From Acidobacteriota bacterium (GTDB lineage: Bacteria > Acidobacteriota > Blastocatellia > Pyrinomonadales > Pyrinomonadaceae): DNA of 32,653 nt. Numbering within the stretch: the first letter of the stretch is position 1; each line of letters begins with the position of its first letter. Location of the stretch: NCBI GenBank assembly GCA_032230165.1, contig JAVXVR010000589.1:1-32653 (forward strand). Direction: 5' to 3'. The position numbers and the translations under genes are program-made. Under the pieces are notes generated by a model that was given only the letters and a program-made list of their open reading frames with translations, did no database searches and had not been told where the DNA came from. Positions 15,747 through 23,436 of the stretch are shown here, piece by piece.

Positions 15747-17954
15747 GTGGGCAAGAGGGCAGCCGGTGTGTCGGCGCGCGACGCAGACAAGACTTCGCCT
15801 GACGACGCACACGCGCCCGCCGCCGCAGCGTCGCCGCAGCCTCGCTACTATTTCTTCGGCGGCAAGGGCGGCGTCGGCAAAACGACCGCAGCCTGTGCCT
15901 TCGCGCTCAGCCTGCTCGATGCGTCGGACGAAGCGAGCGACGGCGAACAGATTCTCCTCTTCTCAACCGACCCCGCACACTCTCTCTCAGACAGCCTCGA
16001 CATAGATGTCGGCGACCGACTCACAGAGGTCGCACGCCGTGGCAAGTCGCGCCTCTTCGCCTACGAGATGGACGCTACTGCTGCGCTCGCGAAGTTTAAG
16101 GACGAACATCGCGGCGTGCTCGCAGAGATCGCCGAGCGCGGCACGCTCTTAGACGAGGGCGACATCAACGAGCTGCTCGATCTCTCTCTGCCCGGCATGG
16201 ACGAGGTGATGTCGCTCTTCGAGCTGAGCGAGCTTGACCGCACGAACAAGTTTGCGCGCGTCGTCGTTGACACCGCGCCGTCGGGTCACACGTCGCGGCT
16301 GCTCAAACTTCCGGAAGTCTTCTCGCACATGATCGGCGCGCTCGATCTCTTGGCGGAGAAGCACCGCTATATCGTCGCGCACTTCGCGCGGGGTCGGCGC
16401 GCGCGCGCCGACGAGGTTGATCTCTTCATCAACGATCTCACAGAGAGGATCGGGCGCGTGCGCTCGATGCTCCACGACGCGACGCGCGCTCGCTTCACGC
16501 TCGTCACGATCCCGGAAGCGATGGCGGTCGAAGAGACGGCGCGCTACTTCGCGTTGCTCAACGGTGAAGGCGTGCCCGTCACCGATCTGATCGTTAACCG
16601 TGTCGAGCGCACACACGCACACTGCCCTTACTGTCGCGCGCGCGCCGCGACGCAGAAGCCCTGGCTCGCACGCATCGCACGCGACTTCAAGGCACTGAGG
16701 CTGCGTAGCGTGCCACTCTTCGCCGAAGAGCTACACGGTCTCAACGCGCTCCGCGAGTTCGCGGACGCAATACGTGAGTTCGCCGTCGCGCGCGACGCGG
16801 CGTCTGCGGTCAGTGGTAAAGCGGCTTCGTCTAATTCGGTCGGTCAAGCAGCATCTTTGTCCGAAGACGAAAAGGGCGGCGCGCGCTTCACGCTCGAAGC
16901 GCGGCGGCTGCTCATCTTCGGCGGCAAAGGCGGCGTCGGCAAGACGACCGCCGCCTGCGCCTCCGCGCTCGCGCTTGCAGGAAGCGACCGGCGCGGGCGT
17001 GTGCTCGTCTTCTCGACCGATCCGGCGCACTCGCTCTCGGACAGTTTCGGTGAGCGCGTCGGCGAGTTGAAGCGCACTGTGGGCGGCATAAAGAATTTGG
17101 ACGCGATGGAGATCGATCCCGGGGCGCGCTTCGAGGAGTTGAAGGCGCGCTTCCGCGCGTGGACTGATGAGTTATTCGCGTCGCTTACCGCAGGCTCACG
17201 CTTCGAGGTGCAGTTCGACCGCGAGGCGATGCGCGAGCTGGTGGAGCTCGCGCCGCCGGGCATTGATGAGATCGCCGCGCTCAGCGTCATTAGCGATCTG
17301 GTGGATGAGAAGACCTACCAGACCATCGTGCTCGACACCGCGCCGACCGGGCATCTCATACGCTTCCTTGAGCTGCCGGAAGTTGCGCTCTCATGGGTGC
17401 GTGCTTTTCTCAAGCTGCTGCTCAAGTATAAGAACGTGGTGAAGGCTGGCAGCGTCGCGGAAGAACTGATCGCGCTCTCGAAGAGCATCAAGCGGATCAT
17501 CGCACTACTCACTGACGCAGACGCCTGTGAGTTTGTCGGCGTCGCGATCCCGGAACGCATGAGCCTCGAAGAGACGGCGCGGCTCGCGACGACGCTCGAA
17601 CGCCTGCGTGTGCCGATGCGTCGGCTGCTCGTCAACTCAATCGTGCCGGAGCGTGCCGCCGCGTCGTGCGACTTCTGCCGTGCGCGGCGTGACGCGCAGC
17701 TCGTCGTCCTCGACGAATTCCGTCGAAGACTCGGTCGAAAGATCGAGTTGTTCGTCGCCCCGCAGCAGCCCGAAGAGATACGCGGCGTCGAGCGACTGCG
17801 CGAACACTTCGCGGGCTGGCGCGAGTTGAACGCGCCGCCGCGTGCGAGTGCGGGCGCGAAGAAGAAGTTGAGCGCGAAGAGCGCGGGGAAGAAGAAGGCG
17901 AAGGCTGCGACGGCGAGCGCGCAGAAGCGCGTGCGGGAGGCGGAGAGAAGATGA
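15747..17954 (+). CDS. Internally duplicated Get3/ArsA-family P-loop ATPase (two complete ATPase halves, each with a CxxC)
   Basis: 735 aa with a GTG start 4 nt after the gvpG stop.
- Half 1: FFGGKGGVGKTT (aa 36-47), LLFSTDPAHSLSDSL, VVDTAPSGHTSRLLKLPE, LIVNRVERTHAHCPYCRARAATQ (C293/C296).
- Half 2: IFGGKGGVGKTT (aa 390-401), LVFSTDPAHSLSDSF, VLDTAPTGHLIRFLELPE, LLVNSIVPERAAASCDFCRARRDAQ (C641/C644).
- The tail is K/A-rich and basic.
- The stop overlaps the next gene's ATG (ATGA at 17951-17954). Confidence 0.85.
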   Translation: MGKRAAGVSARDADKTSPDDAHAPAAAASPQPRYYFFGGKGGVGKTTAACAFALSLLDASDEASDGEQILLFSTDPAHSLSDSLDIDVGDRLTEVARRGKSRLFAYEMDATAALAKFKDEHRGVLAEIAERGTLLDEGDINELLDLSLPGMDEVMSLFELSELDRTNKFARVVVDTAPSGHTSRLLKLPEVFSHMIGALDLLAEKHRYIVAHFARGRRARADEVDLFINDLTERIGRVRSMLHDATRARFTLVTIPEAMAVEETARYFALLNGEGVPVTDLIVNRVERTHAHCPYCRARAATQKPWLARIARDFKALRLRSVPLFAEELHGLNALREFADAIREFAVARDAASAVSGKAASSNSVGQAASLSEDEKGGARFTLEARRLLIFGGKGGVGKTTAACASALALAGSDRRGRVLVFSTDPAHSLSDSFGERVGELKRTVGGIKNLDAMEIDPGARFEELKARFRAWTDELFASLTAGSRFEVQFDREAMRELVELAPPGIDEIAALSVISDLVDEKTYQTIVLDTAPTGHLIRFLELPEVALSWVRAFLKLLLKYKNVVKAGSVAEELIALSKSIKRIIALLTDADACEFVGVAIPERMSLEETARLATTLERLRVPMRRLLVNSIVPERAAASCDFCRARRDAQLVVLDEFRRRLGRKIELFVAPQQPEEIRGVERLREHFAGWRELNAPPRASAGAKKKLSAKSAGKKKAKAATASAQKRVREAERR

Positions 17955-18790
17955 GCGCGCGCCGCAACAAGAAAGATAAAGTCGAATCGGCGCGTGGATT
18001 TTACGTCTATTGCGTGGGCGCGCGCGAAGAGCTTGCGCGTCTGTTCGAGGGAGAACTGCCCGAAGCCATCGAGCCCGACGCGCCGCTCGAAATGCTGGCG
18101 GGCGATGAACTAGCCGCTGTCGCGAGCAGTGTCCCACTGTCGGATTACGACGAAGAGAACTTGACCGCGCGGCTCACAGACGCGGAATGGATCGCCGTCA
18201 GAGCCATGCGTCACGAGCGCGTCGTCGAGCGCTTCGCGCGGCGCGCAGGCGTTGTGCCCTTGCGCTTCGGCACGATCTACCTGCGTCGCGAAGGCGTCGC
18301 GGGGATGCTCGCTGAGAAGCAAGGAGAGTTGCGCGCGGCGGTCGAGCGTTTACGCGGCAAAGAAGAATGGAGCGTCAACGTCTATTGGGATCGCGCGAAG
18401 TTGTTGGCATCAATCGTCGAGCTGAGCCCGCGCCTGCGTGAGTTAAGCAAGCGTGCGGGTTCGGTCTCACCGGGTCAGGCGTATCTCATGCGCAAACAGG
18501 TGGACGCGCTGCGCGCCGACGAAGCGCGCGAGGAGTTGAGCCGCGCGACGCGAGAGATCGAGCGCGCTCTCTCAGAGGCGAGCGCGGCGAGCGTGCGTCT
18601 GCAAGTGAGCAAGGCGGAAGCGGCGGAGCGGCGCGAGCTGTCGGCGAAGTTCGCTTTCCTCGTCGAGCGCGCGCGCTTCAAGGAGTTTCGTGCGGCGGCT
18701 GAGCGTCTCGCGCGTGAGCGCGCCGACGCGGGGCTGCGACTTGAGCTGGCGGGACCTCTGCCCGCTTACAGTTTCGTCGCGGAGTCGTAG
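17951..18790 (+). CDS. Gas vesicle protein, GvpL/GvpF family (paralog 2)
   Basis: 279 aa. Family hallmarks: FYVYCVGAREE, LAAVASSVPLSDY, RAMRHERVVERFARRAGVVPLRFGTIY, EWSVNVYWD, and a C-terminal LAGPLPAYSFV. A GGAGG-rich SD region lies upstream, inside the preceding gene. Confidence 0.85.
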   Translation: MSARRNKKDKVESARGFYVYCVGAREELARLFEGELPEAIEPDAPLEMLAGDELAAVASSVPLSDYDEENLTARLTDAEWIAVRAMRHERVVERFARRAGVVPLRFGTIYLRREGVAGMLAEKQGELRAAVERLRGKEEWSVNVYWDRAKLLASIVELSPRLRELSKRAGSVSPGQAYLMRKQVDALRADEAREELSRATREIERALSEASAASVRLQVSKAEAAERRELSAKFAFLVERARFKEFRAAAERLARERADAGLRLELAGPLPAYSFVAES

Positions 18791-18851
18791 AGCGGAGTGG
18801 CGGCGCGGGAGCAGTGCCCGTCGAAAGTTTGAGCACGCATCGAAAGTTTGC

Positions 18852-19106
18852 ATGGCGGACGAAATTTTACAGCAGCCGGAACCACTCGATCTGCTTGAGC
18901 ACAGCGACCTGTCTCTGCTGGAGACGCTCGACCACGTGCTCGCGCGCGGGATCGTCATCGCGGGCGAGATTACGATCTCGGTTGCCGACGTCGATCTCAT
19001 CTTCATGGGCTTGAACGTCCTGCTGACCTCGACCGAGACCGCACGCGAAGTGCTCAACCGACGCGCCGACGCGCTGGCGGCGGGCGAGTCGAAAGGCGAC
19101 GACTGA
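18852..19106 (+). CDS. Small GvpA/J/M/S-family gas vesicle protein (GvpS/GvpM-like)
   Basis: The in-frame ATG at 18852 within track ORF 18690..19106 gives 84 aa. LLETLDHVLARGIVIAGEITISVADVDLIFMGLNVLLTSTETAREV matches the gas-vesicle structural-protein core (L.dvLdr.L..G.vi.g...isva.v.L....l...l.s.eta). Confidence 0.8.
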   Translation: MADEILQQPEPLDLLEHSDLSLLETLDHVLARGIVIAGEITISVADVDLIFMGLNVLLTSTETAREVLNRRADALAAGESKGDD

Positions 19107-19142
19107 GCGCGCTTGGCGTGCCGCTCGCGACTCTCGTTTTCG

Positions 19143-19859
19143 ATGAACGTCTATGCTTACTGTTTGAGCGATGAGATCGCAGCCGACGCGCTGGGAGCGG
19201 TCACAGGCGTCGGCGGGGCGACGACGCGGCTGCTGTGGCGCGACGGTGTCGCGGCGGTCGTGAGTGATTTCGACGGAGACGCGGTCGCCGTCACGCGCGA
19301 GAACGTGCTGGCGCACGAGCGCGTCGTCGGGGCTATGCTTGCGCGCGCGACGCCGCTGCCGTTTCGGTTCGGCACGGTGATGGGCGAGGAAAGATTGATG
19401 AGCTACGTCGCCGCGCAGAGCGAAGCGTTGAAGGCGCAACTCGAACGCGTGCGCGGCTGCGTCGAGATGAGCGTCAAAGTGATCTGGAAGGCGGAGGCGG
19501 TCGGCGTTGAGTCGTCGCCGGAACATGCGGCGGAGTCGGCGGGGTCGGCGGAATCGGGCGCGGGCACGGCTTTCTTGCTGGCGAAGCGGCGGGAGATTTT
19601 TGGCGAGGAGGCGAAGGCTGTGCGCGCGAAGGAGATCACCGAGTGGCTGGCGGGCTGGCTCGCGGGCGCGGTGCGGGATGCGCGGGTCGAGGTTAATCCG
19701 CACGGTGCGATGGTTGTGTCCGCCGCATACTTGGTCGAGCGTGGGCAACTCGCAGAGTACCGTGAGCGTCTGCGGCTCGCGCGGGAGGAGCGACGCGATT
19801 TACATTTCTTGACGAGCGGTGCGTGGTCGCCTTACAGTTTCACGAGTGCTCGCGCTTGA
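19143..19859 (+). CDS. Gas vesicle protein, GvpL/GvpF family (paralog 3)
   Basis: The in-frame ATG at 19143 within track ORF 19113..19859 gives 238 aa. Family hallmarks: MNVYAYCLSDE, GVAAVVSDF, ENVLAHERVVGAMLARATPLPFRFGTVM, VEMSVKVIWK, and a C-terminal LTSGAWSPYSFT. Confidence 0.85.
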   Translation: MNVYAYCLSDEIAADALGAVTGVGGATTRLLWRDGVAAVVSDFDGDAVAVTRENVLAHERVVGAMLARATPLPFRFGTVMGEERLMSYVAAQSEALKAQLERVRGCVEMSVKVIWKAEAVGVESSPEHAAESAGSAESGAGTAFLLAKRREIFGEEAKAVRAKEITEWLAGWLAGAVRDARVEVNPHGAMVVSAAYLVERGQLAEYRERLRLAREERRDLHFLTSGAWSPYSFTSARA

Positions 19860-19861
19860 GT

Positions 19862-20251
19862 GTGGGCACGGCTCGGAGTAACCTAGTGAAGCCTTCCCCT
19901 GACTCCCCCAGTCCGGTTGAGCCGGAGGTGGAGACCGCGCACGCCGCGGAGTTCATCGAAGAACTGCGGCGCGTGTCGGACACTCTGCCGCCGCGCATCA
20001 ACATAGATGCGCAGTCCGTCGAACAAGGTCTGGCAAAGCTCGTCTTGACGCTCATCGAACTCATCCGTCGGCTGTTGGAAAAACAGGCTGTCAGACGGAT
20101 GGAGGGCGGCGGTCTCTCGCCGGAGCAAGTGGAGGAGTTGGGTCTCGCCCTGATGAAGCTGGAAGGGAAGATGCAGGAGTTGAAGGCGCAGTTCGGACTG
20201 GCTGAGGAAGACCTCAACCTCGATCTCGGACCCGTCGGTCGTTTGATCTGA
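19862..20251 (+). CDS. gvpK: Gas vesicle protein K
   Basis: Track ORF 19823..20251. RINIDAQSVEQGLAKLVLTLIELIRRLLEKQAVRRMEGGGLSPEQVEELGLALMKLEGKMQELKAQFGLAEEDLNLDLGPVGRL matches the GvpK signature. The start is uncertain: GTG 19862 and GTG 19886 lie just past the upstream stop, while 19823 would overlap gvpF/L by 37 nt. Confidence 0.85.
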   Translation: MGTARSNLVKPSPDSPSPVEPEVETAHAAEFIEELRRVSDTLPPRINIDAQSVEQGLAKLVLTLIELIRRLLEKQAVRRMEGGGLSPEQVEELGLALMKLEGKMQELKAQFGLAEEDLNLDLGPVGRLI

Positions 20252-20351
20252 AGGGCGGGGCGGTTATAAAACAACTTTCGTGGTGGTGACCGGAGCGCGC
20301 CGTGCTTTTCTCAGCACAGCAATCGCCACACACTGTTCGGAGGGGCGTAGA

Positions 20352-20747
20352 TTGTCGAGCGAGCGAACGAGTTTGATTACGGCGCGACCGCCGGGTCTGG
20401 TTGACGTGCTCGACCGGATTCTGGACAAGGGCTTGGTGATTGCGGGCGACATCAAGGTGTCGCTCGCCAACGTCGAGCTGCTGACCTTGCAGATACGTCT
20501 GCTCGTCTGCTCGATTGATAAAGCCGAGCAGATCGGTCTCAACTGGTGGCGCTACGACTCGAACCTGACGACGCGCGCCGAGCGCGCCGAATCCGAAAAC
20601 ACCGAGTTGCGCGAGCGACTCGCAGAGCTTGAGCGCGAGGTGCGGCGTTTGAACACGCCCGCCGACTCTGCGGCGAAAGCCCCGCGCTCGACAGCAACGC
20701 GCGCGCGCGTTGGCGGCGCGACGAAGAAGACAAGGAAGCGCGGCTGA
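20352..20747 (+). CDS. gvpJ: Gas vesicle protein J-like (GvpA-family core plus a coiled-coil/basic C-terminal extension)
   Basis: Track ORF 20280..20747. I prefer TTG 20352, which is preceded by GGAGGGG about 7 nt upstream. The core is LVDVLDRILDKGLVIAGDIKVSLANVELLTLQIRLLVCSIDKAEQIGLNWW. A C-terminal ELRERLAELEREVRRL segment and a basic tail follow. Confidence 0.85.
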   Translation: MSSERTSLITARPPGLVDVLDRILDKGLVIAGDIKVSLANVELLTLQIRLLVCSIDKAEQIGLNWWRYDSNLTTRAERAESENTELRERLAELEREVRRLNTPADSAAKAPRSTATRARVGGATKKTRKRG

Positions 20748-20858
20748 GCCGTCTCGCGCGCTGCAAAGCCGGACGGGCAAGCCGTAAGCCCGCGCCGCAA
20801 AGCAAGACCTCGCGTTGTGTTTAGTCAATCTTAATCTGGGAAAGAGGACTCAAAGCAC

Positions 20859-21161
20859 ATGGCTGTTGAAAGAGCGCCCGGCGGAACAAGTCTCATCGAC
20901 GTGCTGGATCGCGTGCTGGACAAGGGCATCGTGATTGATGCCTGGGTGCGCATCTCTCTCGTCGGCATCGACCTGATCACAATCGAGGCGCGCGTCGTCG
21001 TCGCTTCGATTGACACTTATCTGAAGTACGCCGAGGCGGTCGGTCTGACGCCCGCCGTCTCGCGCCCGGCGCTCACGCCCGGAGCCGCCGAGTCGTTCGA
21101 CGACGAGACGACGACGACAACCACACGTCGCCGTTCCACCTCCGACGTTGACCGCGGCTAA
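20859..21161 (+). CDS. gvpA: Major gas vesicle structural protein GvpA, with a ~30-aa C-terminal extension
   Basis: [64 protein letters not shown] is near-identical in pattern to canonical GvpA (..[53 protein letters not shown]). AAGAGGA lies upstream of the ATG. The extra tail is [36 protein letters not shown]. Confidence 0.93.
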   Translation: MAVERAPGGTSLIDVLDRVLDKGIVIDAWVRISLVGIDLITIEARVVVASIDTYLKYAEAVGLTPAVSRPALTPGAAESFDDETTTTTTRRRSTSDVDRG

Positions 21162-21243
21162 AGCGCGCGAACTCGTCAAGCGCGCGCGCGCGTCGTCGCC
21201 GCGCGTGTGGCGTTGACCTGAAAGCCCGTCCTGCCCGTCTGTC

Positions 21244-23415
21244 ATGGGGAACGTTCCGGCACAACTCGCCCCGCCGCACCTGCCGCATCTGGCGGAGGAT
21301 GACGCGCTCGATCTGCGCCTGCGTCAGTACGACTTCTTCATGGAGACGACGACGCAGATGCTCGCCACGTCGCGACTCCAAGAGCGTCTGCTGCTCGCGG
21401 CGGAGGCGATCGTTTCGGGTCTCGGCTACCGTCAATCGGCAATCGCGATGTTGGACGAGCGCAGTGGCACGCTGCGCGTGCGCGCGACCGCCGGATTCCC
21501 CGAAGGCGCGGACGGGGGGCGCGTAATGCCGCTCGATTCAGGCGCGGCGTGCGTGAGGGTGGTGCATGAGGGGCGACCCCTCTGGGTTTCCATGCAGGAG
21601 GACGAAGCCTCGCGCGCGCTGCTTGGCGGGATGGGGTGGGAGCAGGACGTGTTGGCGCTCCCGCTCTTCGGCTTGCAGGAGGCAAGCCCGAAGCGCGCGT
21701 GGGAACTCGCCCTCAAGCCGGGCTTCGCCGACAGCTCTCTGGGTCTGGAACGCTCCTCGTGTCTCGGCGTGCTCTACGTCGGCGCGCGCGAGGAGATGGT
21801 TGACGACTTCTCCCGAAGATTCCTCGCGCGGCTCTCCGACCGCTTCGGTCTGATCATCGCGCTCGGCATCCAGCACGAGCGACTGAAGGCGAACGTCGAG
21901 AAGTTGCAGCGCGAGCGGCAGTGGGTCGAGTCGATCATGAAGTCGGTCGCAGACCCCATCGTGCTCACCAATCTCGACAACGAAATCTTGCTGCAAAACC
22001 GGCGCGCCGAAGAGTTGTTCAGCGGCTCGAACGACGCGGGCGAGGGCAAGCGCCGCGCGCTGAAGATGAACGATCTGCTCTTCTCCGCGTATCTGTCGAG
22101 CGCGACGGTCTCATCCTCTTCGGTCGTGCAGCGCGACATCACGCTCGTCGATCCCATCTTCGGCTCCGACATACACTTCGAGGTCATCTCGACACCCGCC
22201 TTGAACGCGCGCGGCGAGCGGCTCGGACTCGTCTCGATCTTCCGCGACGTGACCGATCTGCGCGAGGCGCACGAAGAGCTGGCGCGCAACTTCACAAAGT
22301 TGCAGCACGCTGAGTCTGAAGCGCGACGCGAGCGCGACCGCCTCGATCTGATCATCGAGAACGTCGGTCACCCCGTCGTCGTCTGCGACGCTTCGGGCAA
22401 CTTCATACTTTTTAACCATCGCGCCGAGTTGTTGTTTCAGCAGGACGAAGCGACGACGATGCGTGCGGCGACCGCCGTGCGCGCCAACTCCGTCAAGCTC
22501 ACGTCGTTCATCTCGGCGCTCGCCTCCGCCTCGGAGACCGACAGGCAGGCGGAGATCGAACTCATTGATCCGGAATCGGGGCAGGGGCTGCCGATGGAGA
22601 TCACTGCGGGCGAGGTGATGGACGCGCAGGGGCAGGTGACGGCGGTCGTCTCCGTGCTGCACGATCTCACCGAGATACGCGAGCTTGAGCGACGCCGCGT
22701 CGAGCAGCAACTCTTCGAGTCGGAGAAGCTGGCGGCGGTCGGTCGTCTCGCCGCCTCCATCGCGCACGAGGTGAACAACCCGCTCGAAGCGATCAAGAAC
22801 TCGCTTTATTTGATGGAGACGACGCGCGAGGCGGAGAAGAACGCGCGCTTTCTTGAGATCGCGCGCAAGGAGACCGAGCGCGTCTCGCACATCATCAGCC
22901 AGATGCTGGGTTTCGCGCGCAGATCGGGCGAAGTCGAGTGGGCGGACGTGAACCAACTGCTCGAAGAGACGCTCGTGCTCGTCGAGAAGAAGATGAAGCA
23001 GTCGGGCGTGCGCATCGTGCGCGAACTCGACGCGCGTGTGCCGCGTGTGCGCGCCCGCGCCGACCAGTTGCGGCAGGTCTTCCTCAACCTGATCCTCAAC
23101 GCGCAGCAAGCCATCAAGGGCGGCGGCGAGATTCGCGTCGCGACTTCGCCCTACGAGCCTTCAATTCAGCCCTCCGTCCTCGTCCAGATCGGCGACACGG
23201 GCGTCGGCATCAGCGAGGACGAGATGGCGCACATCTTCGAGCCTTTCTACTCGACGCGGAAGAAGGGCACGGGGCTGGGGCTCTGGGTGACGCACGACAT
23301 CGTCCGCCAGCACGGCGGGCGCATCGAGGTGTTGAGCGAGAAGGGGCGCGGCACGACCTTCCAGATCATCCTGCTCGTCGAGTCGCCGGTGCTGGAAGAA
23401 GAGAGCAAAAAATAG
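21244..23415 (+). CDS. Cytoplasmic sensor histidine kinase (GAF - PAS - PAS - HisKA - HATPase_c)
   Basis: 723 aa with no obvious TM segment. The N-terminus is GAF-like (LLLAAEAIVSGLGYRQSAIAMLDE...). Two PAS-like segments follow (SIMKSVADPIVLTNLDNEILLQN; LIIENVGHPVVVCDASGNFILFN). The H-box is LAASIAHEVNNPLEAI, the N-box FLNLILNAQQAI, G1 QIGDTGVGI and G2 KKGTGLGLWV. The start is uncertain (ATG 21244 or 21331). Confidence 0.85.
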   Translation: MGNVPAQLAPPHLPHLAEDDALDLRLRQYDFFMETTTQMLATSRLQERLLLAAEAIVSGLGYRQSAIAMLDERSGTLRVRATAGFPEGADGGRVMPLDSGAACVRVVHEGRPLWVSMQEDEASRALLGGMGWEQDVLALPLFGLQEASPKRAWELALKPGFADSSLGLERSSCLGVLYVGAREEMVDDFSRRFLARLSDRFGLIIALGIQHERLKANVEKLQRERQWVESIMKSVADPIVLTNLDNEILLQNRRAEELFSGSNDAGEGKRRALKMNDLLFSAYLSSATVSSSSVVQRDITLVDPIFGSDIHFEVISTPALNARGERLGLVSIFRDVTDLREAHEELARNFTKLQHAESEARRERDRLDLIIENVGHPVVVCDASGNFILFNHRAELLFQQDEATTMRAATAVRANSVKLTSFISALASASETDRQAEIELIDPESGQGLPMEITAGEVMDAQGQVTAVVSVLHDLTEIRELERRRVEQQLFESEKLAAVGRLAASIAHEVNNPLEAIKNSLYLMETTREAEKNARFLEIARKETERVSHIISQMLGFARRSGEVEWADVNQLLEETLVLVEKKMKQSGVRIVRELDARVPRVRARADQLRQVFLNLILNAQQAIKGGGEIRVATSPYEPSIQPSVLVQIGDTGVGISEDEMAHIFEPFYSTRKKGTGLGLWVTHDIVRQHGGRIEVLSEKGRGTTFQIILLVESPVLEEESKK

Positions 23416-23436
23416 AGCGGCAGCCAGCTTCAAGTC

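Noticed and set aside
15747-17954. Interpretation of the double ATPase as the catalytic subunit of an arsenite efflux pump (ArsA)
   Set aside because: No arsB/acr3, arsC, arsR or arsD is present in the window. The gene is translationally coupled on both sides to gvp genes. Its cysteines form Get3-like CxxC pairs rather than the dispersed ArsA metalloid-binding triad, as judged by eye. A formal alignment is still needed.
18867-19748. Minus-strand ORF of 293 aa spanning the GvpS-like and GvpF/L-3 genes
   Set aside because: It is an R/P-rich antisense shadow. The plus-strand frames carry unmistakable Gvp family motifs.
14574-21161. The gvp cluster as a recently acquired mobile island
   Set aside because: There is no flanking integrase, transposase, tRNA or direct repeats. 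Codon and GC style look the same as in neighbouring genes by eye. Formal compositional analysis was not possible here.
22111-23109. Minus-strand ORF of 332 aa inside the histidine-kinase gene. Similar shadow ORFs occur at 3695..4228, 4607..5095, 6339..7028, 14493..15020, 16149..16622, 20214..20828, 24972..25523, 27717..28415 and 29555..30373.
   Set aside because: All are antisense or out of frame relative to genes with strong family signatures. They have R/D/G-biased composition and no motifs. Long spurious ORFs are expected at this GC content.
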